Of a stretch of DNA of 64,000 nt, positions 33,355-43,389 are shown piece after piece. Every line of letters begins with the position of its first letter. Position 1 is the stretch's first letter. The DNA is from Desulfosudaceae bacterium (lineage in GTDB: Bacteria; Desulfobacterota; Desulfobacteria; Desulfobacterales; Desulfosudaceae), in contig CAXXDV010000003.1 of assembly GCA_963674745.2 (NCBI GenBank), forward strand, positions 1,344,001 through 1,408,000, given 5' to 3'. The position numbers and the translations under genes are program-made. Below the pieces are notes generated by a model. That model was not told the DNA's origin. It made no database searches and worked only from the letters and a program-made list of their open reading frames with translations.

Positions 33355-34722
33355 TTATATTCCGAGGATTGTTGTCGCCGCTATAAAATAAAAAAATACG
33401 CTGATGATATCGATAAAGGTGGTCACAAACGGGCCGGTCGCAACCGCGGGATCGATTTTCAACCGGGCAAACGTCATGGGGAACAGCGAGCCGACCAGGG
33501 CGGCAATGGACATGGATGAAACAACGGATGTTCCGACCGCCAGGCTAAAACCCGACATGCCGTATTGCACCTGGGCAACAGCGCCGATGATGGCGCCGTA
33601 AAAAAGGCCCAGCAGCAGACCGACTGCGATCTCCTTGAAAATGACGGCACTAAAGTCACTGATACTCAATCTGTTTGTCGCCAGCCCGCGGACAACAATG
33701 GTGCATGACTGGGTGCCGATATTCCCGCCCATCCCCATGATGACCGGAATAAAAGCGGCGATATAAGCAAACGTGCGCAGATGTTCTTCGAAATGGCCGA
33801 TTATAAAAAAAGCCACAATCCCGCCGAAACAACTGGCAAACAGCCATGGCAGACGGATGCGGATACTGCGGAAAACGGTCTGCGTTTCCACAAAGGTTTC
33901 GCCGACACCGGCCATTTTCAGGATGTCTTCCGTGGCTTCTTCCCGGAAAACATCGATGACATCGTCAACCGTGACAATTCCCACCAGGACATTGGACCTG
34001 TCTATAACGGGAACGGCCAGAAAGTCATAACGCTCTACGATTTTTGCCACATCTTCCTGGTGGGTATCGGTTGTCACGGAATAGACATCCGTGGTCATAA
34101 ACTCTTTTAGCGGTGTATGTCCGGGTACCACAACCAGCTGACGCAAAGAGACCACTCCCACCAGTCGCTTGTATTCATCCACGACATACAGATAAAACGG
34201 CATTTCCACATTAATATATTCACTCTGCAAAGACTGGATAGCCTCACTGGCGGTAACGTCCTGCTGCAGGGCTATAAAATCCGGCAGCATGATCGCGCCG
34301 GCGGTATCATCTTCATAAGCCAGCAGCTCTTCCACGTCCTCCGATGCTTCGCGCTGCATTTTTTCAAGCAGTTCAGTGGATTTTGTTTCAGGCAGACACC
34401 CCAGCAGGGCAGCGACATCATCGGGGGACATCTCCATCAGCACCTCAACGACGTCGTTCACATCCAGTTTGTCGATAAGACTGGGCACAATAGATTCATC
34501 CAGGGTGGCGAACAGCACCCCTTTATGTTCCACTGCATCAAGCATATTAAACAGTTTTACCTGATTAACCAGGGGTATATCCTTAAACACAAGCGCCAGG
34601 TCGGCAGCATGCGTTTTATTGACCATTTTTCGCAGGTGGGTAATCGCATTTCGCCTCAGGAGCCGCTTAATGCTTTCAACAAGTATTCTGTTTCGATGAC
34701 TGAGCCGGCCGATGTCAACCAT
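33355..34722 (-). CDS. mgtE: Magnesium transporter MgtE
   Basis: N-domain, CBS pair, RLPWL, GGNIGTQ, DPAVATGPFVTT..D. Confidence 0.96.
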   Translation of the reverse strand: MVDIGRLSHRNRILVESIKRLLRRNAITHLRKMVNKTHAADLALVFKDIPLVNQVKLFNMLDAVEHKGVLFATLDESIVPSLIDKLDVNDVVEVLMEMSPDDVAALLGCLPETKSTELLEKMQREASEDVEELLAYEDDTAGAIMLPDFIALQQDVTASEAIQSLQSEYINVEMPFYLYVVDEYKRLVGVVSLRQLVVVPGHTPLKEFMTTDVYSVTTDTHQEDVAKIVERYDFLAVPVIDRSNVLVGIVTVDDVIDVFREEATEDILKMAGVGETFVETQTVFRSIRIRLPWLFASCFGGIVAFFIIGHFEEHLRTFAYIAAFIPVIMGMGGNIGTQSCTIVVRGLATNRLSISDFSAVIFKEIAVGLLLGLFYGAIIGAVAQVQYGMSGFSLAVGTSVVSSMSIAALVGSLFPMTFARLKIDPAVATGPFVTTFIDIISVFFYFIAATTILGI

Positions 34723-34753
34723 TTTTCCATCCCTTGTAAAAAAAGCAGTACAA

Positions 34754-35527
34754 TCAGGGAATATCGATATTTACGACTTTTCCCTGTTCCCGGGGAAGTT
34801 CAACCGGAACATCATTGGCAAAAAGTTTTATGCCGGCGGCATTCCCGATGAGCAGGTTATATCTCCTGAGCGCTTCAAATTCAAGACGGTCTCCCGGTCG
34901 AAGTGTATATTCCCTGTTTTTGTTATTATCAATGTTAATTTTTAACCAGGTGTCCGCCACGGCAACTACGGATAAACGAATCGTTTTTGTATCAGTATCG
35001 CCCGGCAATACACTACCGGTATCATTTATTTCATCACCACAATCAGCGGGTGGCGTTAAAACCGGTTCCGAGGTGACCGCTACCCTGCCCTTATCCGTTT
35101 GCTTTTGATGTCTTACCTGCTCTTCATGCCGGGTTGAAAGAAAAACAGTCAGTGAAATAAGGATAAAAATGACAGTCCCGGACATGATCAGTTTTTTCCA
35201 GAACAAATCATTTTCCCTGACCAGGTTCTCGCTTGACACAATTGTCTGCTTAAACTGGTTTAATCGTTGCAGATAATCCTGAATAACCCTGGCTTCATCA
35301 GCATCTACGAGTCGGGCAAATCCCCTTAAAAAGCCTTTGGCAAATACCGGCTCCGGCATCCTTGACAAATCTTCATTCTCAATCGCTTTTAAGACGCTTG
35401 TACCGATTTTTAAGTCCAGCGCAACAACCTCCAGGTTCAGATTTTTCGTTTTTCTGCACCATTGAAGATAGCGGCCAAAAGACATTTGCGTTTGACTACC
35501 GGTAAGGGCCATGTCAGTTTTTTTCAA
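34754..35527 (-). CDS. rodZ: RodZ-like helix-turn-helix membrane protein
   Basis: N-terminal HTH (LKAIEN..., KGFLRGFAR), one transmembrane helix, C-terminal WL.I..D / IGNAAGI domain. Confidence 0.8.
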   Translation of the reverse strand: MKKTDMALTGSQTQMSFGRYLQWCRKTKNLNLEVVALDLKIGTSVLKAIENEDLSRMPEPVFAKGFLRGFARLVDADEARVIQDYLQRLNQFKQTIVSSENLVRENDLFWKKLIMSGTVIFILISLTVFLSTRHEEQVRHQKQTDKGRVAVTSEPVLTPPADCGDEINDTGSVLPGDTDTKTIRLSVVAVADTWLKINIDNNKNREYTLRPGDRLEFEALRRYNLLIGNAAGIKLFANDVPVELPREQGKVVNIDIP

Positions 35528-35555
35528 CCATAGGGTGGTCAGGCATTAATATTGT

Positions 35556-36608
35556 TTATTCAAGAATTTTAATATGGGCCGAATCACGCAATTCACTAAT
35601 CCAGGCATTAAATTTATCATCCAGTTTTTTCTCATAAAGTTTTTTGTGAATCCTGCCGGCTGTTTCATCATCAAGATTACCGTCATTGTTTATGACCGAG
35701 TGGACATAAAAAATCTGATATCCAAAACCCGTTTCAATCACGGGGGTTATATCACCTTCAGCCGTATTGATAATTGCCTCTTTAATGGTATCGGCCAGAT
35801 CGTTTTCAGCAAATAGACCGAGATCTCCGCCTGTCTCGGCCACGGACGACTGCGAGTATTGCCTGGCCATGTCTTCAAAAGAAGCGCCCGCTTTAATCTG
35901 CTGATGGATTTCTTCCATTTTTGCAAGAACCGCCTCCCTTTGATCCGGTTCAGCCCCTTTTGGCGTTAAAAGGACGATCTGTTTCAAATGATACCAGGTC
36001 CCGGTGGCGAACTCTTCAGGATGATCCTGATAATAATGCTCGACTTCCTCTCTGGTGACAACGATTTTTGACTTGACCTCATGACTCAATAACTTGTTTT
36101 TAATAAGCTGATTTTTTACATTTTCTCGATACTCATCAACCGTCTGGCCGATTTCAGAAAGGTATGATTGAAAAGCGTCATCAGAGTAAAGCATAGATTG
36201 TTTCATTTGATCCAGGGCTTCGGTAACCTCCTGGTCACTCACGATAATGCCCAGATCCGCTGCTTGCTGTCTGCCCAACTTTTCGTTGATCAGGCCGGCC
36301 AGAATTTCATTTCGCGCCTGGGCAAGGACATTTTTTTCGGTTTCTTCCGGCAGATGCTGCTGCATGATATTCATTTTGTATGGAACCAGGGCCTTGTCAA
36401 TATCAGACAATAAAACAATATCGTTGTTGACAATGGCGACTATCCTGTCCACCACTTTTTCAGGCTTGTTCTGTTGTGCCGGGGATGGATAGACGAATAA
36501 CCCTGAAATGATGACCACCGTTCCAATCAAAAAAAAGCGCTCGATGGCTTTTGTCAAACGGGTTATCCGCCTGCGTGATTTGTGCTTTACTTGTAAATTT
36601 TTTCCCAT
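35556..36608 (-). CDS. surA: SurA-like chaperone / parvulin PPIase
   Basis: VDRIVAIVNND, FEDMARQYS, GGDLG. Confidence 0.85.
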   Translation of the reverse strand: MGKNLQVKHKSRRRITRLTKAIERFFLIGTVVIISGLFVYPSPAQQNKPEKVVDRIVAIVNNDIVLLSDIDKALVPYKMNIMQQHLPEETEKNVLAQARNEILAGLINEKLGRQQAADLGIIVSDQEVTEALDQMKQSMLYSDDAFQSYLSEIGQTVDEYRENVKNQLIKNKLLSHEVKSKIVVTREEVEHYYQDHPEEFATGTWYHLKQIVLLTPKGAEPDQREAVLAKMEEIHQQIKAGASFEDMARQYSQSSVAETGGDLGLFAENDLADTIKEAIINTAEGDITPVIETGFGYQIFYVHSVINNDGNLDDETAGRIHKKLYEKKLDDKFNAWISELRDSAHIKILE

Positions 36609-37267
36609 TGTTGCTCATTCAATTCTATGTCGTATTGTTGTTGCAGACTGCTCATCCATTGTGGATAAAGCGCCTGTGCTTTTTCCCTGCGTAATTGTTT
36701 TACAAAAGAAGCGTCAATCTTATGCGAAAGAGATGCTTCATCTTCCTGATCAACGGGAAGACAGGCACGAAAATGCCGCCTGACCTCTTCCGGTGACAGG
36801 TTGATTTTGATGACCAGCTCATGATCGATCACTTTTTCCGTCAACAATCGGATGGCCACCCTTTTTTTCCAGGCGTCAAAAGGAATCGCCCTTTCCTGTA
36901 AGGTCTTATTAAAAACACCATCCGGATAATCATCCTTGACCTCTTTAACCGCGTTTTCCAATTCTGCGGGCGATACAGACAACCCCAGTTCCTCGGCCCT
37001 TTTGGTCAGGATAAGCTCTTCGGTCAACTGCTTCAGAAGCCGGGTTTTCAATTTATCAACCACCGGTTTTTCCTGAAGGGCTTCATAGGGATAGGAGGCC
37101 TTCATTACTTCCAGAGCGTCCAGGTAGTCTTCAACGGTTACAGCTGTATTGTCGATTCGAACAAGATAATTTTTATTTGTGTCGTTATCGAAAATACTGC
37201 AACCGATGATGAGCATGAAAGGCAGAACAACCCCGAGCACCACTTTTTTAAGAAATTGAAAAGCCAT
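36587..37267 (-). CDS. SurA N-terminal domain lipoprotein
   Basis: Lipobox-like IIGC; RAEELGLSVS..EL; lies between mfd and surA. Confidence 0.7.
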   Translation of the reverse strand: MAFQFLKKVVLGVVLPFMLIIGCSIFDNDTNKNYLVRIDNTAVTVEDYLDALEVMKASYPYEALQEKPVVDKLKTRLLKQLTEELILTKRAEELGLSVSPAELENAVKEVKDDYPDGVFNKTLQERAIPFDAWKKRVAIRLLTEKVIDHELVIKINLSPEEVRRHFRACLPVDQEDEASLSHKIDASFVKQLRREKAQALYPQWMSSLQQQYDIELNEQQWEKIYK

Positions 37268-37311
37268 TATTCCCCTGATTTTCCCACCTGAATAAGAACA
37301 TATACTATAAA

Positions 37312-40300
37312 TTATTTATTGTTAACACGATAAGTTATGTCTTTCAAGAGATTTCTGGCAAAGACAATACCGTTTCGACGCTTTTTCGGAGGAAGATTTA
37401 CCTTGAAGGCCTGTTCGGAGAGCGTTTCAAAAGGCAACTGCTTTTCTGATAAGATCTCCTGGATGACCGGATGTGACGACAAACGGTCCGGACCAAGATA
37501 AAGGGCCAGGTATGAATCTGTTAATTCCACTCTTTTTATCCCGGCCCTGACGGCAAAGACCTTAAGAAGGATTTTTAAAAGCAGGTTCTCTGTTTCTACC
37601 GGCATCCGGCCGTACCGGTCGGTCAATTCTTCTTTTACGCTGTTAATGTCACCGGTTGTCCGGGCTCTGGCCAGGCGTCTGTAAATCGACATCCGCTGGT
37701 CAATGGCCGGGATATATTCATCGCTGATAAAGGCTGAAAGCGGGATGTTGATCTCGGCGTCAACCGGTCCTTCGGCCGGCTCCCCTTTTAATTCAGCCAC
37801 TGTTTTTTCCATCAATTGCAGGAACATATCATATCCGACAGCCGCTATATGTCCGGACTGGGAAACACCCAGAACCGAACCGCCGCCGCGAATCTGCAAG
37901 TCGTTCATCGCGATCTGAAAACCGGAACCAAGATCGCTGTGCTCCATCAGTACTTTCAGCCGTTTCTGGGCGTCCTTGCTCAAAGCCGTGTCTTTGGGAA
38001 TGAACAGGTAAGCATAGGCCTGTTCATCCGAGCGCCCCACTCTTCCACGCAACTGGTAAATCTGGGCCAGACCGAACTTGTCGGCACGATTGACAAAAAT
38101 GGTGTTGGCCGACGGGATATCCAGGCCGGATTCAATAATACGGGTGCAGACAAGCATATCAATTTCTTTGTTCACGAATTTCAGCATTTCCTGTTCCAGC
38201 TTATCACTTCCCAGCCGTCCGTGGGCGACACCGATTCTTACCTCCGGCACCAGCTTCTGCAGGTGATTGGCGATATACCATATTTTATTGATATTGTTAT
38301 GAACAAAATAGATCTGGCCGCCGCGTTTGAGCTCTCTTCGGACGGCCGCTTTTATAATGCCATCGTCAAACTCGCAGACATAGGTTTTGACAGCCAGGCG
38401 GTCTTCCGGCGGCGTGTTGATTACGCTGATATCTCTGACGCCGATCAGGGACATATGCAGGGTCCTGGGAATGGGCGTTGCAGTCAAAGAAAGTACATCC
38501 ACCGTGCTTCTAAGTGTTTTCAGCTTTTCTTTGTGTTTGACACCGAATCGCTGTTCTTCATCCATTATGACCAACCCCAGGTCTTTAAAAGAGACATCCT
38601 TGGATAATAAGCGATGGGTCCCGATAACAATATCGATCTTTCCGTCACTGACATCACGGACGATCTGCTTCTGCCTGGCAGGCGACCGGAAACGATTCAA
38701 ACACGCGATCTGTACCGGATAATCCGAAAACCGGTTTTTGAATGTGGCCAGATGCTGTTCAGCCAGAACTGTGGTGGGTACCAGAACCGCTATCTGCTTG
38801 CCGTCGCAGACAGCCTTGAATGTGGCTCTCATGGCGATTTCGGTTTTTCCGAACCCGACATCGCCACAAACCAGACGGTCCATGGGTTTTGTCATCTCCA
38901 TATCGGACAACACCTCTTCAATTACGTTGAGCTGATCGTCTGTCTCATCGTAGGGGAAGCTTGCCTCAAAATCGTCAAAGTAGGCGTCGGCCGGGCTGAA
39001 AGAATACCCCTGGTTGACTTTACGCCGGGCGTAAAGCGTTAACAGTTCCTTGGCGATTCTTTCCGCTTCTTTTTTGGCCTTTGCTTTTGCCGTTTGCCAT
39101 GATTTACCACCCATCTTGTCCAGCTCTGGAACGATATCGTCGACCCCGATATATTTTCTGGCCATATCCATCCGGTCGACGGACAAATAAAGACGGTCAT
39201 CATATTTGTATCGGATCAGCAGAAAATCACCATAAACGTTTTCTACTTTAATTTTCCGCATACCGTCATAACGGCCAATACCGTGATCAACATGAACGAT
39301 AAAATCACCTTTTTTCAGTTCTTCGAGCTCCAGGATTTCCGCCCGGGTCGTCGGCCGCCGGACGCGTCTGCGCTTACGGTTGCTGCCGAAAATATCTGAT
39401 TCGCAGATCAAAGACAATCCGCAACCGGGGCATATAAATCCGGTTGATACCTGACCCGGGACCAGTCGTATCAGTCCGGCAGAACCTGAAAGAACATCGG
39501 GGAACCCGTCAACATGAACCGGTTTGATGCCATACGGCGCCAACAGGGCCTGTATCCGTTCCTCCCGGGAAAGATTACTGCAGGTGATTACGGTGGTCTG
39601 TCCCGCCTGTTGATTGTTTGTCAACCATTCCGCAAAAGGTTTTAACGGGTTGTCTGTGTCATGGTTGTACTTTAAGGTTGCCGGCAGGCTGTTTACCGAC
39701 TTGACGTCCATGTGGATCCGGTTTTTGGCCTGTTTGTCTTCCGGTAATCCCGGAGATTCTTCCTTTGCCAGCGCACGAAGCAAAATCGTACGCCTTTGGA
39801 AAACCATCTCTTTTGCTTCTTCCCAGTCGAGGAACAGGTCCTCCGGCGGAACACACAGTTTTCTTTCGTTTTCCGAAGCCTCGTAATTCTCAGCAATCTG
39901 TTGCCGATGGTAAGCGGCAGCGCTTTCTATATCTTCCGGGATTGCCAGGACGAAACAGGTATTGCCGGGAAGATAATCAAACAGCGTGGATAAATGGTTG
40001 TACAACAGCGGCGTCATTCTATGGATATCGTCACCGGCGGATCCGGTGGTGACCCGCTCCACCATTTCCCTGACGGCAGACAGGGGTAAATCGAGTTCAG
40101 CGGCCCGTTTTTTGATGGCTGCGATATATCGGCCGGTATGCTCTTTTTTCAGAATTGTTTCTCTGGCCGGCAACAATATGATCTCTTCAGCTGTTTTGGT
40201 CCGGCGCTGGGAAACCGGTGAAAAAAAGTGGAGGGTGTCTACTGTATCTCCGAAAAAATCCACCCGCACGGGATCATCGTAAAAGGGTGAAAACACGTCC

Positions 40301-40845
40301 AGAATACCGCCACGTAAAGAGAAATCACCCGGTTCCTCTACGATGGCGCTCCGGGAATAGCCGCCATTGGTCAGTTTCTCCAGCAGTCCCGATAAATCAA
40401 CATCTTCGCCGACCATCAGGATTTCAGCAAAATCACACAATTCGGTTTTCGGTAGAAGCCGTTGCAGCAATCCTTCAAGGGACAGAACGAGTACCGACGG
40501 CATAACGCCCTGGGTCATCTGGTATAAAAGGCGAACTCTCGCAGCCGACGTTCGGTTGTGATATGACAGGTGGGTATATGGCAGAATGCTGTAACCCGGG
40601 AAAACTTCCAGAGACCGGTCCCGGGAATCACCCAGAAAAAATGACAGGTCGCTTGACAGTCGCTCGGCTTCGCGGGCATCGGCTGTAACAACGACCACGG
40701 GTGCTCCGGTAAAGTCGGCGATCCGAAAAGCAATATAAGCATCAGCCGAACCGTTTATGCCGCTACATTCAATATGAGAAGCGGACCCCTGAACGGCATC
40801 GAGGAGCTGCTGTATTTTTTTCTCTTGATTTTGAAACATACTCAC
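37312..40845 (-). CDS. mfd: Transcription-repair coupling factor
   Basis: UvrB-like module RGGILD, VHVDHGIG, GDVGFGKT, DEEQRFG, QLRGRVGR, TRCF C-terminus. Confidence 0.98.
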   Translation of the reverse strand: MSMFQNQEKKIQQLLDAVQGSASHIECSGINGSADAYIAFRIADFTGAPVVVVTADAREAERLSSDLSFFLGDSRDRSLEVFPGYSILPYTHLSYHNRTSAARVRLLYQMTQGVMPSVLVLSLEGLLQRLLPKTELCDFAEILMVGEDVDLSGLLEKLTNGGYSRSAIVEEPGDFSLRGGILDVFSPFYDDPVRVDFFGDTVDTLHFFSPVSQRRTKTAEEIILLPARETILKKEHTGRYIAAIKKRAAELDLPLSAVREMVERVTTGSAGDDIHRMTPLLYNHLSTLFDYLPGNTCFVLAIPEDIESAAAYHRQQIAENYEASENERKLCVPPEDLFLDWEEAKEMVFQRRTILLRALAKEESPGLPEDKQAKNRIHMDVKSVNSLPATLKYNHDTDNPLKPFAEWLTNNQQAGQTTVITCSNLSREERIQALLAPYGIKPVHVDGFPDVLSGSAGLIRLVPGQVSTGFICPGCGLSLICESDIFGSNRKRRRVRRPTTRAEILELEELKKGDFIVHVDHGIGRYDGMRKIKVENVYGDFLLIRYKYDDRLYLSVDRMDMARKYIGVDDIVPELDKMGGKSWQTAKAKAKKEAERIAKELLTLYARRKVNQGYSFSPADAYFDDFEASFPYDETDDQLNVIEEVLSDMEMTKPMDRLVCGDVGFGKTEIAMRATFKAVCDGKQIAVLVPTTVLAEQHLATFKNRFSDYPVQIACLNRFRSPARQKQIVRDVSDGKIDIVIGTHRLLSKDVSFKDLGLVIMDEEQRFGVKHKEKLKTLRSTVDVLSLTATPIPRTLHMSLIGVRDISVINTPPEDRLAVKTYVCEFDDGIIKAAVRRELKRGGQIYFVHNNINKIWYIANHLQKLVPEVRIGVAHGRLGSDKLEQEMLKFVNKEIDMLVCTRIIESGLDIPSANTIFVNRADKFGLAQIYQLRGRVGRSDEQAYAYLFIPKDTALSKDAQKRLKVLMEHSDLGSGFQIAMNDLQIRGGGSVLGVSQSGHIAAVGYDMFLQLMEKTVAELKGEPAEGPVDAEINIPLSAFISDEYIPAIDQRMSIYRRLARARTTGDINSVKEELTDRYGRMPVETENLLLKILLKVFAVRAGIKRVELTDSYLALYLGPDRLSSHPVIQEILSEKQLPFETLSEQAFKVNLPPKKRRNGIVFARNLLKDITYRVNNK

Positions 40846-40880
40846 GTTATTTTCTTTTTCTATTATGATAAGTCAGATCG

Positions 40881-40956
<76 letters not shown>

Positions 40957-41109
40957 TCTTTTCTTCGTCCTTTATCCAGTAAACTCAATCCATTTCTTCC
41001 GCACCAATAACCTGTCGCATGAAAGATATTATTGCCATCCGGGCAAATGTGAATTATGATAATGGATTAATGATGAATGATCATCAACCATAAAAAATAA
41101 ATACTGAAA

Positions 41110-43287
41110 ATGAATCGTTTTGCCTATCGCACTACAGGGCTGGCCATCAAAACGCTTTCCGGGCTGATTAAACCGAGGGTCAGGATCTACGAACAGGAGA
41201 ATATCCCCACGGATAGCTCTATTATCTTTGTCATTAATCATTTCACCCGAGCAGAAACGCTTCTGCTACCCTATTACATCAATAAAATTACCGGCCGGCA
41301 AATCTGGTCTCTGGCCGATCATGGCCTTTTCAGGGGTGGCCTGGGCATGTTTCTTGAGAGGGTTGGTGCCGTTTCCACCGGTGATCCGGACCGGGACAAG
41401 CTGATCGTCAAAACCCTGCTGACAAATGAAGCCTCGTGGATCATTTTCCCAGAAGGCCGAATGGTCAAAAATAAAAAAATTTATGATGTTGTCGATCAGA
41501 AGGGTCAGTATATCGTTTCCTCTTCGGTAGGGAAGCACCCACCCCATACCGGTGCGGCTACCCTTGCTTTGAGAACCGAATTCTACAGAAACCGCATCGG
41601 AAAAATGCTGGAAATTTATCCGGATGAGGCCCGGCGGCTTCTGGATCTTTATCAGATTGATTCCTTCGAGAGCATAAAAGAAAACAAAACCCTGATCGTT
41701 CCGGTAAACATTACCTATTACCCCATCAGGGCCAAAGAAAATATCGTCAGCAGCCTGGCCGGCCGGCTGTTTGAGAACCTTTCCTTACGTGCTGTTGACG
41801 AGTTGCAGGCCGAAGGTACCCTGCTGCTTTCCGACACGGACATTGATATCCGATTTGGCGAACCCATTGACGTCAGCGGTTTTTTAAAAGCGAAAATCAT
41901 CCAGGAAAACATCGCGTTACGGGCGAAAATCGGTTTTAACGACTCCATCGCCGCCAAGAATATGTTGCGCGCCATCGCGGTCGAAATCATGGAACGATAC
42001 ATGTCGTCGATTTACAATATGACGACGGTTAACCATGATCATATTTTCGCGTCGATTTTAAAACATATTTCCGGAGACCGGATCCAGGAAGACGATTTGA
42101 AGCGAAGAGCCTTTCTGGCCATTACGGCAGTTGATTCACTGACCACCCGGACATTCAAACACTCTTCATTAATGCAGGACCAGAGTCATCTGCTGACCGA
42201 TGACAGGCACAAGAAATACGCCAATTTTGTTGCTATTGCGGAAGAAACCGGGGCTGTTAAAAGAGAAGACGGCTGGGTAATCAAAGCGGTTGACATGGAT
42301 GCTCTGCCGGATTTTCACAGTGCCCGCATGACCAATCCCATAACGGTCATTGCCAATGAAGTGGAGCCATTGGCAGATCTTCAGGATTCCATTAATGACC
42401 TGGCCGGAGCCACTTACCAGGAAATAAGGCAGCTGATATCCACCCACCTGATAACAACTGCTGATTTCGAGTTTGAAAAAGATTACGCCAATTTTTCCAT
42501 TCAAGGTGAATCCAAGAAAAAGAACGTTGGCCGGCCATATTTATTAAAAGGCGCCTCTCCGCGCCTGGGGGTCGTTCTGGTACATGGATACATGGCCGCA
42601 CCGCTGGAGGTAAGGGCCCTGGCCACCTACTTGAATGATATGGGCATTACCGTTTATGCCCCCCGTTTAAAGGGTCACGGTACTTCTCCTGTGGATCTGG
42701 CAAAATGTCAGTTTACCGAATGGATAGAATCCGTGGAAAAAGGCTACGCCATCATCAGGAACCGTTGCGACAAGGTGATTGCCGGCGGATTTTCCATGGG
42801 TGCCGGTCTTGTGATTGATCTGACGTCAAGAGTGACCGATCTTTCCGGAATGTTCGCTATTGCGCCGCCACTCAAGCTCCAGAACTTCTCCAGTAATTTC
42901 GTCCCAGCCGTAAACCTGTGGAACCGGCTGCTCAAACGGATCAACATTGATCGAAACAGAATGGAGTATGTTGAAAATACGCCTGAAAACCCGGCTATCA
43001 ATTATATCCGTAACCCCATTGCCGCAGTCGCCGAAATGGGCCGCTTGATGGATACGTTGGAATCAAAACTGTCTTCGATTACCGTCCCGGCACTGGTCAT
43101 CCAGTCCCAGGCGGACCCGGTGGTCGACCCTAAAGGATCCAGAACGATTTTCAAAAAACTCGCTTCAGTTGATAAAGAATATCTCCTGATCAATTATCCA
43201 CACCACGGTATTGTCAATGGGGAAGGATCGGAACGCGTCTTTAAGGCAGTCGGCGATTTTGTCAAGAAACTGATGACAGACGCTTGA
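41110..43287 (+). CDS. PlsC/PlsB-type acyltransferase fused to an alpha/beta hydrolase (carboxylesterase/lipase)
   Basis: N-terminal NHFTRAE, IFPEG, IVPVNITY; C-terminal VHG, GFSMG nucleophile elbow, ADPVV, HHG. Confidence 0.85.
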   Translation: MNRFAYRTTGLAIKTLSGLIKPRVRIYEQENIPTDSSIIFVINHFTRAETLLLPYYINKITGRQIWSLADHGLFRGGLGMFLERVGAVSTGDPDRDKLIVKTLLTNEASWIIFPEGRMVKNKKIYDVVDQKGQYIVSSSVGKHPPHTGAATLALRTEFYRNRIGKMLEIYPDEARRLLDLYQIDSFESIKENKTLIVPVNITYYPIRAKENIVSSLAGRLFENLSLRAVDELQAEGTLLLSDTDIDIRFGEPIDVSGFLKAKIIQENIALRAKIGFNDSIAAKNMLRAIAVEIMERYMSSIYNMTTVNHDHIFASILKHISGDRIQEDDLKRRAFLAITAVDSLTTRTFKHSSLMQDQSHLLTDDRHKKYANFVAIAEETGAVKREDGWVIKAVDMDALPDFHSARMTNPITVIANEVEPLADLQDSINDLAGATYQEIRQLISTHLITTADFEFEKDYANFSIQGESKKKNVGRPYLLKGASPRLGVVLVHGYMAAPLEVRALATYLNDMGITVYAPRLKGHGTSPVDLAKCQFTEWIESVEKGYAIIRNRCDKVIAGGFSMGAGLVIDLTSRVTDLSGMFAIAPPLKLQNFSSNFVPAVNLWNRLLKRINIDRNRMEYVENTPENPAINYIRNPIAAVAEMGRLMDTLESKLSSITVPALVIQSQADPVVDPKGSRTIFKKLASVDKEYLLINYPHHGIVNGEGSERVFKAVGDFVKKLMTDA

Positions 43288-43389
43288 ACCGGGACGTCAC
43301 CACCTGCCTGCCTGACCGTTAAGAATTCACCTGAGAAAAACAATTAAAACAAAACGATGTCATAAGAATACATTCAAAGGAGGAAACAT

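Noticed and set aside
40957..41110. Island integrated at tRNA-Thr or tRNA-Pro that might include the radical SAM cluster
   Set aside because: I found no duplicate of either tRNA 3' end and no integrase in the window, and housekeeping genes intervene.
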